Of a DNA stretch of 64,000 nucleotides, positions 13,481-26,249 are shown in pieces. A program made the position numbers and the translations under genes. The notes below the pieces were generated by a model. That model was not told the DNA's origin, searched no databases, and saw nothing but the letters and a program-made list of their open reading frames with translations. The DNA is from the human T2T-CHM13v2.0 reference genome, Homo sapiens: assembly GCF_009914755.1 (NCBI RefSeq), contig NC_060926.1; one strand, given 5' to 3'. The number at the start of each line of letters is the position of its first letter. Position 1 is the first letter of the stretch.

Positions 13481-14014
13481 GTACGTGTTGGCTCTCTGCT
13501 CACCTGCCACAGTCCCTCTCCTTTCCCTCCTCCCTGGTGGCTCCTGGGGTGAGGTCTGGAGCTCTCTAATGGTCAGGAGGTGGGAGTGGAGGCTGGGCTG
13601 TTTCTGACGATGCTGGTTTTGTTGAATTCATGTCTGGCCAGGAGGGCTACAGGTATCTGGCAGACTCCTCCAGGAGGATCCTCTGGGGTCTCACCCTCCA
13701 AGGAGCCTGGGGCTGCAGAACCCAAATAGGCAGACTCCCCTGGGAGTTCCTCAATAGGAGAGGGGCAAGTGCAGGGCTGGGAAAGTACTGGGGTTGTGGG
13801 AGGCTGTTTCTGGGGTGTCTCAGAGCCTCTAAGACAAGCAAAAGGGTGGGCAGGGGCCAGGCAGCCAGTTCAGGCCTTCAGTGTATCCACGCTCTGGGAA
13901 GAGATCACGGACATTCCTGCCGGCCTCAGAAACACAAAGGGCCCCTTTCCTGGGCACTTTCACGCGCTCCCAGAGTGTCTGAGAGACCATCATAAGGGCT
14001 TTCTTTCCTGACAG

Positions 14015-14113
14015 GGTGACCTGTTGACCAAAACACAGGAGCTGGGCCGTGACTACAGGACCTGTCTGACGATAGTCCAAAAACTGAAGAAGATGGTGGA
14101 TAAGCCCACCCAG
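14015..14113 (+). CDS. GNLY: Granulysin exon 3 ([33 protein letters not shown])
   Basis: ttctttcctgacag| and CAG|gtgagg; 99 nt; contains the N-terminus of the 9-kDa form (GRDY). Confidence 0.98.
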
Positions 14114-14454
14114 GTGAGGCCAAGGGGCTACAGAGCCTCCTGTCTGCTGCTCAATGGAGGGGCCAGCCTGTGACCAGGTCGGGGATCGGGGAGCCCGGGG
14201 GCACCTTGCACAGTGATCCTGGGGGAGGGCTTCCTAGAAGGGAATCTGTGAGTCCCCGTGTGTCTGTGGATGAATTTCAGAGAACTTGTGAAATTGTGAC
14301 TCTCTGGAACTGTGTAAGTCAGACGGCAGAGTATACATGGTTTTCATCATGTATCCTCAAAGAGGGCTTGTCCCAGAGAAGTTAGGAATCTTCCCCTAAA
14401 GCCCTAACATTTGTGTCCAAGGCAGAGTTTGAGAAGCTAGTTCCCCAAGAGGCC

Positions 14455-14590
14455 TGGGTCAGGACTGATAAATCCCAGATCTGCTACTTCCAAGCTGCAT
14501 GGCCTTGGGCAAGTCACTTCCACTTTCTGAGCCTCTGTTATCTTATCTTTGAAATGTGATGGATAATAGTCCCTATCTTGCAAGTTGTCA
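14455..14590 (+). mobile_element. MIR in GNLY intron 3
   Basis: aaatcccagatctgctactt...ccttgggcaagtcacttccactttctgagcctc MIR core. Confidence 0.8.
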
Positions 14591-14595
14591 AACCC

Positions 14596-14892
<297 letters not shown>

Positions 14893-15562
14893 TGCTGAAG
14901 CTTTTTAAAAGAGCTGAGGGCTGGGATGTGCTTAGCTCCACGTCCAGCACTGAGTAAATGCTTAACGAATGACTGTGTTACTACCAAGAATTATTGTTTC
15001 ACTCTCCCTCCTTCCCTCTCCTCTGCTGCCCCAAACTACTCAGCATCCTGGCACTGCAGGCTCGCACTTAGCCCTGGATACCCAGATTCATCCTCCTCCC
15101 CTGGGATGGCATAGAAGAGACTTTAAAACCAAATGAGCCAAGACTCCAAGCTCTGACCACACCTCCCACCCCCACCAGTCTTCTCTATGCACCCCCTCTA
15201 TCTGGAGCCCCCAGCCAGGTCCTGGACCAAGGTAGCTACATGGCAGAGCATTTAATGTGTGCCTGGCAGCCATGGGCACCATTCTCCACACAGAAGGCAG
15301 GGGACAGGTGCACAAGGGGCTGAGACCCCAGCAGGGCTAACTGTCCTTGTCTCAGGAGCCCTACCTGGCCAGTCTTGGGCCAGGCCTTGGGGACTGGGAG
15401 TAGGGGCTGAGCCCCGTCTGTACAGTCTCTGGCCCCATGGGCACCAGGTGCCAGCTCCTCGCACCCAGTACTCCCATTGCTAGGGCTGCTGGAACCTGCA
15501 GGGTGGCAGAGCTGGGCAGGACTCACCCTATAACCATGTCCACTGTGGTGCTGCTGCTGCAG

Positions 15563-15734
15563 AGAAGTGTTTCCAATGCTGCGACCCGGGTGTGTAGGAC
15601 GGGGAGGTCACGATGGCGCGACGTCTGCAGAAATTTCATGAGGAGGTATCAGTCTAGAGTTATCCAGGGCCTCGTGGCCGGAGAAACTGCCCAGCAGATC
15701 TGTGAGGACCTCAGGTTGTGTATACCTTCTACAG
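15563..15734 (+). CDS. GNLY: Granulysin exon 4 (saposin-like domain [57 protein letters not shown])
   Basis: ctgcag| and CAG|gtgagt; 172 nt. Confidence 0.98.
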
Positions 15735-15899
15735 GTGAGTGCAGAGGTGACAGCAGGGATACCTCCTGAGGGTTGGAGACAGCTTCCCCCAGGATATATC
15801 AAAGCTGCCTCCTTACTCCCCCATCTCCCAGCATGGGAAAGTGTGGAGAATTGAGCAGATGGACTTTAGCTAGAAATGTTTGAGAAATACTGATTAGAG

Positions 15900-16050
15900 C
15901 TTGGGCTTCAGACACAGGTGGTTGTGGAGTAAAATCTGGTCTCCATCTCTCCCTGGCTGTGTGACCTTAAGCAAATAACTTGACCTCTCTGAGCTTCAGT
16001 TTCTTCATCTGTGAAGGAGAGATAGCAATCCTGATTTTTGAGATTGGAAT
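15900..16050 (+). mobile_element. MIR in GNLY intron 4
   Basis: ggctgtgtgaccttaagcaaataacttgacctctctgagcttcagtttcttcatctgtgaa. Confidence 0.85.
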
Positions 16051-16620
16051 GAGAATTGAAGGAGGTCACCGTGTGTGTGGACCTGACCCTGGGGAAATGT
16101 CCTCAGACTGAGGCTATTCAAGGTCATCAGACCCTCAGTCAAACTCCAATCCCAGCCCAGCACAGGCCCCTGGGGTCGGGAGCTGGGGCCATATCCTCCC
16201 CCACAATCCTGGGCCCTGAGATCTGGGCTAGGGAACCCTTCAGGCAGGGGAGCATGAGGCCTTTCCCTCCATGGCTGCCCAGGCTGTGCCTGGAGAGAAC
16301 AGATCTCGGCTGTAGGAAACGGGGCCAGAAAGGGGCCTCGGTGATTGGCTCTGGCAGCTCAGCTGGCACTTGCCAATGCTCTGGGATTTTATGCTGGCAG
16401 ATCGGGGGTCCCCACCATTTCCTGTCATTGGAGCTTGTGGCTTTTCTATTCAAGGCCCCACAGCCTGCTCAGGCTGCCGACTGGCTTCCAGGATGTGCCT
16501 CTGGGTGTGTTCAGTAGGGTCAGGTGGCTCTGGGACCTTAAGCAAGTAACATTCTGAGTGCCTGCTTCTCCTTGAGGACCCACCACATCTGCCCACAGCT
16601 AGCTGTTCTCTCCGCTCCAG

Positions 16621-16631
16621 GTCCCCTCTGA
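16621..16631 (+). CDS. GNLY: Granulysin exon 5 coding part (GPL*); 3'UTR continues to about 16810
   Basis: ttctctccgctccag|GT CCC CTC TGA; the spliced CDS is 145 aa. Confidence 0.97.
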
Positions 16632-16785
16632 GCCCTCTCACCTTGTCCTGTGGAAGAAGCACAGGCTCCTGTCCTCAGATCCCGGGAACGTCAGCAACCT
16701 CTGCCGGCTCCTCGCTTCCTCGATCCAGAATCCACTCTCCAGTCTCCCTCCCCTGACTCCCTCTGCTGTCCTCCCCTCTCAGGAG

Positions 16786-16791
16786 AATAAA
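16786..16791 (+). terminator. GNLY: GNLY polyadenylation signal (proximal)
   Basis: AATAAA with downstream U/GU-rich sequence. Confidence 0.9.
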
Positions 16792-16885
16792 GTGTCAAGC
16801 AAGATTTTAGCCGCAGCTGCTTCTTCTTTGGTGGATTTGAGGGGTGGGTGTCAGTGGCATGCTGGGGTGAGCTGTGTAGTCCTTC

Positions 16886-16891
16886 AATAAA
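16886..16891 (+). terminator. GNLY: Second (distal) polyadenylation signal
   Basis: AATAAA followed by tgtctgtcgtgtgt and tgttgt. Confidence 0.55.
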
Positions 16892-18072
16892 TGTCTGTCG
16901 TGTGTCCCATACACTGTTGTAGATGTTATGGATTTAGTGGTGAACGAGACAACCTTAACAGCATTCACACAGTTAGTCGTGAAATGCTTACTGAGCACTC
17001 ACCACAGCCATGCGGCGTTATTCAGAAAGGCCAAGGCACACAGTGGCGATGTCCCCAGAAGCTCTCAGACCAGTGGGAGAGACCAGCAGGGTTAGAGGTG
17101 TTTTTGTTTTGTTTTTGGTGAAAAGGCACAGAAACCCATCCTCTTGCTTCTTGCCACAGGCAGCCTTCCTTTGCTGTTTCGGGGGAGTGTATCTTTTAGG
17201 GCCCTTTTGGTTGCAAGCAACAGAAGTCTCAGCCCATTCTGACCTAATCAAAAAAGATAATTTACTGGTTCAAATAATTAATCAGTCCACGGGTATGTTC
17301 AGGCACAGAATGATCCAGAAATGTGTGGCGTCAGCAGAGCCCCAGTCCTGTTTTATTGCAATTTTTCGTTCTCCCGACCTCTGTATATTGAAATTGTCTT
17401 CAGGTTCGCTTCTCTCTTGGCAGCAGAAATGGCTTCATCAGGTCCACACTTCACCTCTTTACAGTGCCTCCATCAGAGGGAGAGAGAGCTCCCTTGGAAA
17501 GAAATAGGAAGCTTCTTTCCCAGAAGGCCTATCAACTATCTCCTCAGTTCTCATTGGCCAGTTCTCACAGGTCATTTGCCCACCCTCAGACCAATCACTG
17601 TGTCCTGGAGAATAATGGGGTACACTGATTGGCTTAAGCTAAGCAGGGCACACCCCTGGAGCTGAGGTGGGGTCCATCTCAACCCAATCACTTGGTTGAC
17701 AATAAACATGAAAATCTGGGCTACTGTTGGTGGGAAGAGGGAAAAATGGATGCTGGCCACCCAAGGAGTATGGTGTGTTATTCTGGGTTCAATCAAAGAA
17801 GCTGTTCAAGGGGACTACCGATGGCCAAATCTGGGGCTATTTGAGCCTCAGAATAGATGATGACAAGAACAGATCGTAATCCATTGAATAAAGCAGAATC
17901 CATGAATTCATACAAATACAAATAATACATGAATAAATAAACAAGGGAAAAGGAAACGTGCTACCTTACAATACAATTACAGTTAATAAATGTAGACATA
18001 GTTGCAAAGTATATCCTACTAACATATTTGGTATAGTGAGTATATCATATACTAACTTGATTTTTTAAAAGT

Positions 18073-18257
18073 GTTTATTTATTTATTTATTTATTCTTTA
18101 GAGACAGAGTCTCACTTTGTTTCCCAGGCTGGAGTGCAGTGGCCCTTCTCAGGCATGATCTTAGCTCACTGTAGCCTCAAACTCCTGGCCTCAAGGGATA
18201 CTTCCACCTAGGCCTCCAGAGTAGCTGGGACTACAGGTGTGCAGAACTGCGCCTGGC
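18073..18257 (-). mobile_element. Alu right monomer (FRAM/AluJ)
   Basis: (TTTA)n tail then reverse right arm. Confidence 0.85.
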
Positions 18258-18504
18258 TCACTAATTTGATATTAATTAATACATTCCATTATTAGTTAAC
18301 CTGACAGTGGAGAAGCCTGTCAGCTGATGAAAGTTACTCCTACCTCCCATGGGGCAAGTCAATATCATGGGCCTCATAATATAATGCTCTGAGAGAAATA
18401 TAATACTACTTTTCCATTGTTCCTGCCGAAATGCAAAAATCATGAGGAAACATCAGAGCAACTCAAACTGACATTTTACAAAATACTTAGCCTATCCTTT
18501 TTAA

Positions 18505-18814
<310 letters not shown>

Positions 18815-19261
18815 TGTCCTCTTCAAAAATGCCAAGGTCTTGAAAGACAAGTAAAGATTGAAGAACTGTTCCAGATAGAAGGAAACTAAAGAGACATGAC
18901 AACAAATTGCGACACATGATCCTGATTTGGATCCAGACCTATAAAGAACATAATTGGGGCAATTTATAAAATGTGACTGGAATCTGTGATGGTAATATTC
19001 TGTTAATGTTAATTCCTGATTTTGATGGTTGTACTATGGTTATGTACGGCAGTGTCCTTGTTAGCAAATATACACTAAGGTATTCAAAGAGTAATAGGTC
19101 ATCATATCTGCAATTACAATTTCTGAAATGATTCAGAAAAAAAGGCAATACATACGCAAAGAATGAGTGTGATAAGGTATATACCACATACATGCAATGT
19201 GGTAAGGTGTTAACAGTGGGGAATCCTGTTTAAGGGTAAATAGGGGCTCCTGTTTACACTG

Positions 19262-19850
19262 GGAGGTTTGGAAGGTGTAATCTCCAAACTCCATGGCAAG
19301 TTGCAAGAATGCAACTTTCAAACTTCATGTTGAAATGTGATCCCTGGACGGGCACAGTGGCTCATGCCTGTAATCCCAGCATTTTGGGAGTCCTAGGTGG
19401 GTGGATCACCTGAGGTTGGGAGTTCAAGACCAGCCTTACCAACATGCAGAAACCCCATCGCTACTAAAAATACAAAGTTAGCCAGGTGTGGCAGCACATG
19501 CCTGTAATCCCAGCTACTCGGGAGGCTGAGGCAGGAGAATCACTTGAACCTGGGAGGCTGAGATTGCACCATTGCGCTCCAGCCTGGGCAATGAGGACGA
19601 AACTCCATCTCAAAAAAAAAAAAAAAAGACATGTGATCCCCAATATTGGAGGTGGGACCTAGTGGGAGGTGTATGAGTCAGGGAGGAGGATCCCTCATGA
19701 ATGGCTTGGTGCCATTCTTGTGGTAATGAGTGAGTTCTTGCTCTATTAGATTCTGTGAGAGCTGCTTGTTAAACCTCCTCTCTCTCTTTTTTCTCACTAT
19801 GTGATCTCTGCACACACTTGCTCCCTTTCTCTTCTGCCATAAGTGGAAAC
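19262..19850 (+). mobile_element. MST-type MaLR LTR interrupted by an Alu
   Basis: aaacttcatgttgaaatgtgatccc[Alu]caatattggaggtgggacctagtgggaggtg...gatccctcatgaatggcttggtgcc. Confidence 0.8.
19346..19627 (+). mobile_element. AluSp-like
   Basis: Dimer with a small right-arm deletion; TSD ga(a/c)atgtgatccc. Confidence 0.9.
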
Positions 19851-20802
19851 ACCTTTTTATTGAGACGGAGTCTCGCTCAGTCCCCCAGGCTGGAGTGCAG
19901 TGGCTGCTGCAACCTCTACCTCCCAGGTTCCTGGGTCCAAGTGATTCCCCTGCTGTTGAGACTATTATCATGAAGAGATGTTAAATTTTGTCAAATGATA
20001 GTTCTGTGCTATTGAGAGGATCATGTGTTTTTCATTTTTAATTTTACTGATATGATGAATTTTATTACTTGACTTTTGGTTGCTGATTTGCCTTGCATTT
20101 CTGGATAAATCTTACCTGGTCATGGTATATAATTGTTTTTATGTGTTGCAGGATTCAGCCTGCTAGAATTTTTTTTGAAAATTTTTGTATCCATATTCAA
20201 AAGAGATATTGGTCTGTAGTTTTTTTTTTTCTTTTGATGTTTTCATCTGGTTTCACCTGGTTTTGGCATCAGGGCATCCTCTTCTAGTTTTTGGAAGAGT
20301 TTCTGAAGAATTGGTATTAATTCTTTAAATATTTGGTAGAATTCACCAATGAAGACATCTGGCTTGGTATTTTCTTTGTGAGTCATTGTTTTGATGACTA
20401 ATTCAACCTATTTATTATAGGTCTATTCAGATTTTCTGTTACTCTTGCATCAGTTTCAGTCATTTGTGTCTTTGTAGGAATGTGCCCATTTCATTCTAAG
20501 TTGTCTAATGCATTAGCATAATTAATTAGCATAATAGTATAATCCTTTTTCTCTCTGTAAGGTCAGTTGTAATTTCCCCTCCTTCATTTCTGATTCTAGT
20601 AATTTGCAGTGTCTCTCTTTTTATTGTGGTCAATCTAACTAAAGACTTGCTTTTTCAAAGAACCAACTTTTGATTTCATCTCGTATTCTCAAATATTGTT
20701 TCTAGTCTCCATTTTAATAATTTCCACATTTCCACTCTAATTTTTTAAGTATCTCTTTTTTTCTGCTTGCTTTAGGTTTAATTTGCTCTTCTTTCTCATG
20801 TC

Positions 20803-21043
20803 TTTTTTTTTTTTCCATTGTAACCTTGAACTCCTGGGCTCAAGCAATCTTCCTGCCTCAGACTCCCAAGTAGCTAGGACTACAGGCACAGGCCACCATG
20901 CTCAGCTAATTTACTTTTCTTTTTTTTAGAGATAGATCTCGCTATGTTGCCCAGGCTGGGTTTGAACTCCTGGCATCAAATGATCTTCCTGCGTTGGCCT
21001 CTCAAAGTGCTGAGACTACAGATGTGAGCCACTGCACCCAGCC
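20803..21043 (-). mobile_element. AluJ (partial)
   Basis: Reverse Alu arms. Confidence 0.85.
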
Positions 21044-21508
21044 TTTTTCCATTGTCTTAAAATGGGATTTCTGAGACGAAGATTTCAAATCTTCCTCTTT
21101 TTCAATATAGGCATTTACAGCTACAAATTTCCCTTTTGGCACAGCTTAAGCTACAACCCGTAAGTTTTGGTGTGCTGTGGTTTCATTTTCTTTCACCTCA
21201 AGGTATTTTCTAATTTCCCTCTTGATTTTTCCTTTAATCCATTGGTTATTTAGGAGTGTGTTGTTTAATTTTCACATATTTGTGAGTTCCCCAAATTTGT
21301 TTCTGTTACTGATTATTAGTTTTATTCTGTTGTGGTCAGGGAACATATTTTGTATTCTTTCTATCCTTTTTAATTTATTGACGTTTGTTTTATGGGCTAC
21401 CACATAGTCTATCCTGGAGGTGTGTTTCCCCACTGCTATCTGGACTCATCTGCACTCCACTGTTTCTGATGAGGAGGCACCTGTTAATAATTGGGGGTTC
21501 CCTTGTAA

Positions 21509-22062
<554 letters not shown>

Positions 22063-22431
22063 TGATATATTTATTTGTGGATCTCTTTGCATGTATCCTA
22101 TTTAGAGTTTATTGAGCTTCCTGGGTATGTAGATTGTTTTTCAATAAATTCGTGACATTTTCAGCCATTATTTCTTCAACTATTTTTTTCTGTTTTGTTC
22201 TTTGTCTCCTTCTCTTCTGTATTCTGTTCTGCATATGTTGGCGTGCTTATGGTGTACCAGTCCTCTGAGGCTCTGTTTATTTTTCTTCATTCTATTTTCT
22301 CTCTGTTCTTTGGATTGCATAATCTCTATTGATTTATTAATATCTTCAAGTTGGCTAATTCTTTCTTCTGATTGTTCAGATTTACTGTTGAGCTCCACTA
22401 GTGAATTTTTCATTTTAGTAATTGTACTTTT

Positions 22432-22736
<305 letters not shown>

Positions 22737-23349
22737 AGTTATTGTACTTTTCAACTCCAGAATTTCCATTTGGTTCTTTTTAAGAATAATTCTATCTCTG
22801 TATTAATATTTCTATTTGATGAGACATTATCATCATATCTTTCTTTACTTCTTCAATCACAGTTTTCTTTAGTTATTTCTGAACATATTTATAATGGTTG
22901 CTAGGAAATCTTTGTTAAATCTGATATCTGGTTGCTTTCACAGGCAGTTTCTGTTCCTGTTTTTTTTTTGTGTGTGTGTATGGATCACTCTTTTATTTCT
23001 TTTTATAGCTCTTAAGTTTCTCTGGGAAACTGGGCTTTTTAGATAATATATTGTCACATATCTGGCTACCGGTCATCCCCCTGCCCCTACCCAAGCTTGA
23101 TACTGTTATTTACTTGTTTTGTTGTTTGGTGACTGGTTGGATTATTTTAGTGAATTCCCCCACCCGCCACAGTGTGAAGCCTCTGATGTTGCACCTTAAG
23201 GAGCGTTGCCTTGAGTGTACCCACAGTCATCCTGTAATGACAGTGGTTTTGGCGGGGCTCTCTTATCTATTTCTTTCTCTGACCACAGCTATCCGTTAAA
23301 CTACGCTAATTCCTGGCTGATTGCTCTGTTGTTTTCAACAATGCCTTTT

Positions 23350-23575
23350 ATGGAAAAACAAACCATGTTTTTCCTCTGCTCTTACACCAACACAACAACA
23401 ATCAACACAGAAGACTTCTCTGACTCCTAAATACGTGGCTGTTTCTCCCCACCAGCAAGCAAGCAGTCAGTTCCGCAGTGGACACCAGCTAGGTGTCCTC
23501 CAACTCAATTCTGACGCTATTTATCTGGAGACAGTGTCAGATCCCACAGGTTGGGGGCTCAGTCCCCATAATTGC
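23350..23575. mobile_element. MER21-like LTR fragment
   Basis: aacacagaagacttctc...gacaccagctaggtgtcctccaactcaattctgac...tcagatcccacaggttg. Confidence 0.65.
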
Positions 23576-25478
23576 CTTGGCAGATTTGGGATTTGAATCC
23601 AGGCAGTCTTAGCTGTGAACCACCACACAAATCCACCTTTCTCCAAAGAATGGAGGCCTGAGCTCCCTTGTAACTTGGGGTAAATAATCTGGGCACATAT
23701 CCTTGAGGAATAGCAGGACCAGAATGCTCTGCACAGGACTGGAAATGGCTGGGGGGAGGAAAACCAAGTCCCTGACAGTGTTGACCATTTCCTTCATCCT
23801 GTGAGGCAATGGGCTTGACCCTGCAATGTTCCCAGCACAAGTCTGAGGAGTGATGCAATAGAGAGTGGGTGAGTTGAGTAACCACTTGAAATTCCACTCC
23901 TCCCTTCCCTTTTCATAACAGGTGTCCTAACTTTCTGCCAAGCACACTCAGGTTTTCCATGTTCTGCTTAGAAGTTACCAACTGGCTGTTGGTTAGGCCT
24001 AGCAAATTATGTAGACTTCTTTTCGGCTAAGAATCATAGCAAGTTTATTCCCTCAGGGTAGGAAGGTCATATTTTTTCTTTAGGCTCCACCTTGGTCTTC
24101 CCTCGGAAGGGGAAATAGGAATTCTTTCTTCCTCAGGATGAGCTCGTATAAGGCCAGGCTCATTGATGATAAGAAGCAGAAATGGACTCAGCCTAAATTA
24201 AGACAAGGGAAGTGACAGGGCGGCCATGGCTGCCACAGGATGGAAGGGAAGGACTAGAACAGAGCTTAAACAGACAGGGGCCAGGCAGCTCAGATGGTTT
24301 TGGAAGCAGGGACGGTTCCACGGTCTTGCCTAGGTGCCATTACTGGGATGAATGAGCTTCCACCACTCCTTCTGTCCTTGTGTTTCTTACTCCATAGTCA
24401 CATTCCTAGGAAAGCAAGTCCAAGCTTAGTTCTCATGCCTGCCTTTGGTTGCTGTAAGATGGCGAGAGGAAAGTCAGGCAGGGGCAGGGCACCTGGAAGA
24501 CCCTTTTGTCTTAGGAATGGGATGGCGGATGCTGGGTTTACTCTCCACCAAGACTGTACAAAGTAGGTGCCAGATAATTCTCCAAAAGAAGATAGGCAGA
24601 GGAATAGGCAGTGCCAAATTCCCAGCACAGCTTGTGCTGGCAGGTGGGTACTGTCACTGTGGTACTTCCAAATAGGAAGAGATGTCTCTGACAGAATCAG
24701 GAACTGGATGGAGATTTACCCGTAGAAAAATGGTGACCTAAGTGAGATATGCTTTCCCCTTGCTCAGGCCGAAAACCCTGGGGTTCTTGCAACAGACTTC
24801 CAGCACGCCCCCCGTGGGTGCCTCTTGCCCTCTCCTGCCACTCATGGGAGCAGGACTGGTAGTATGAGGACACTAACAGGGGAAGTGACTGCCGTCATCT
24901 TGATTTCCTGTGTCTGAGCCTCTTATTCTGTGGTTAGATGGACACAAGGTCCCACAGTGGGGCCCCATTGCCCCCCTCTCACCCCCCTTTTTAGCCATGT
25001 TGAGTGGGTCTCTGTTTCTTGCTTCAAATGGAGCCTCTTGCTTCTCCAGCCCCAGATAGAGAGCCTGCACGCATGACTTTGTGCGTCTTTGTAAGCCCCA
25101 CCAGGCCCTGGGTCGGGGAGATCTCAGAGTGTGAAGGGGCAGAGCCCGAGAACCTGCCCAGCTCCTTGCCTGGCTTGGGACCTCAATAAGCTCTGTCCAC
25201 CCTCCACCCCAGGGATGACATTCCAAGTCCTGGGGGACCTGAGACCCACCCACCAGGAGCAGGTGTCCTGCGGCCTGGACCAGGTTTGGGCAGATTTGCT
25301 TGAATTCACTGTGGGTATTTCAAAAGTGTGCTTAGGGATGGGGCATTTCTTTTCTTTTTTTAAAGTTGTGGATTATTTCTCACATTTTGTATGAGGATCC
25401 TAATTCCGAAGTTGTTTTCTTTCTCCAACATGCTTGGGTCGTCTCATAAGGAACCCGCCTTAAAGGCAACGACACATA

Positions 25479-25496
25479 TGCTGCCACCTAGTGGAG
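25479..25496 (-). promoter_or_regulatory. CTCF core motif
   Basis: Minus strand reads TCCACTAGGTGGCAGCA, matching CCACYAGRKGGCRS. Confidence 0.65.
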
Positions 25497-25524
25497 GAAA
25501 ATGATCAGCTTCTACAACTGCGTA

Positions 25525-25895
25525 AAGTCACGAATCACTTAACCACAGAAATACAGATACGGTCTGAGAAACGCGTCTTTAGGTGATTTCATCGTTGTGC
25601 AAACATCATAGAGTGTACTCACACAAGCCTAGATAGTATCACACAAACCTAGATGGTATAGTCTACTTCACACCTAGGCTATATGGTATAGCCTATTTCA
25701 CTGAGGCTACAACCCCCTACAGGGTGTTACTGTACTGATACCCTAGGCAATTGTAACATGCTAGTAAGTATTTGTGTCTAAACATATCTAAACATAGAAA
25801 AGGTACAGTAAAAATATGGTATCATAATCTTATGAAACCACTGTCATATATGTAGTCCATCTTTGACTGAAACGTCATTGTGTGGCACATAACTA
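25525..25895. mobile_element. Tigger3/MER7-type DNA transposon relic
   Basis: ctgagaaacgcgtctttaggtgatttcatcgttgtgcaaacatcatagagtgtac...acacaaacctagatggtatag; degenerate TIRs. Confidence 0.8.
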
Positions 25896-26029
25896 TGTGG
25901 AAAGAGAAATTGTATGGAAAGCTTCAGCGCTTCCAACCTCTTTCTTGTTTCCCTCACATCAACTGATATATGGGTCAACTTTTTATTAAAACAATTGGGT
26001 ACTCATAGAAAATTTCACTTTATTTCCTA

Positions 26030-26240
26030 AACAATAGCTCATAAAAATGTGTACCATTTATTTAGGGTTTCCTATGTGCTAAACACTTTACGTACGTTCC
26101 CTCAATCCTCACTGCACTCCTATGAGCTACACATTGTTATTATTCCTATTTTGCAGATAAGGAAGGTGAGACTCAGAAAGATTAAATAACTTCCAACTTC
26201 CAGAGTTTACACACTTAACCAAGTCTGTCTTGCTTCACCT
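26030..26240 (-). mobile_element. MIR
   Basis: attattcctattttgcagataaggaaggtgagactcagaaagattaaataactt. Confidence 0.75.
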
Positions 26241-26249
26241 TTAACCTTA

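Noticed and set aside
15437-15562. In-frame upstream ATGs extending GNLY exon 4
   Set aside because: Intron 3 sequence open by chance; no evidence of an internal promoter
23600-23830. Minus-strand CLT...RMKEMVN, faintly like GNLY exon 3 (possible NK-lysin paralog relic)
   Set aside because: Frames are inconsistent, nucleotide similarity is poor, and no other saposin exons are nearby; likely chance
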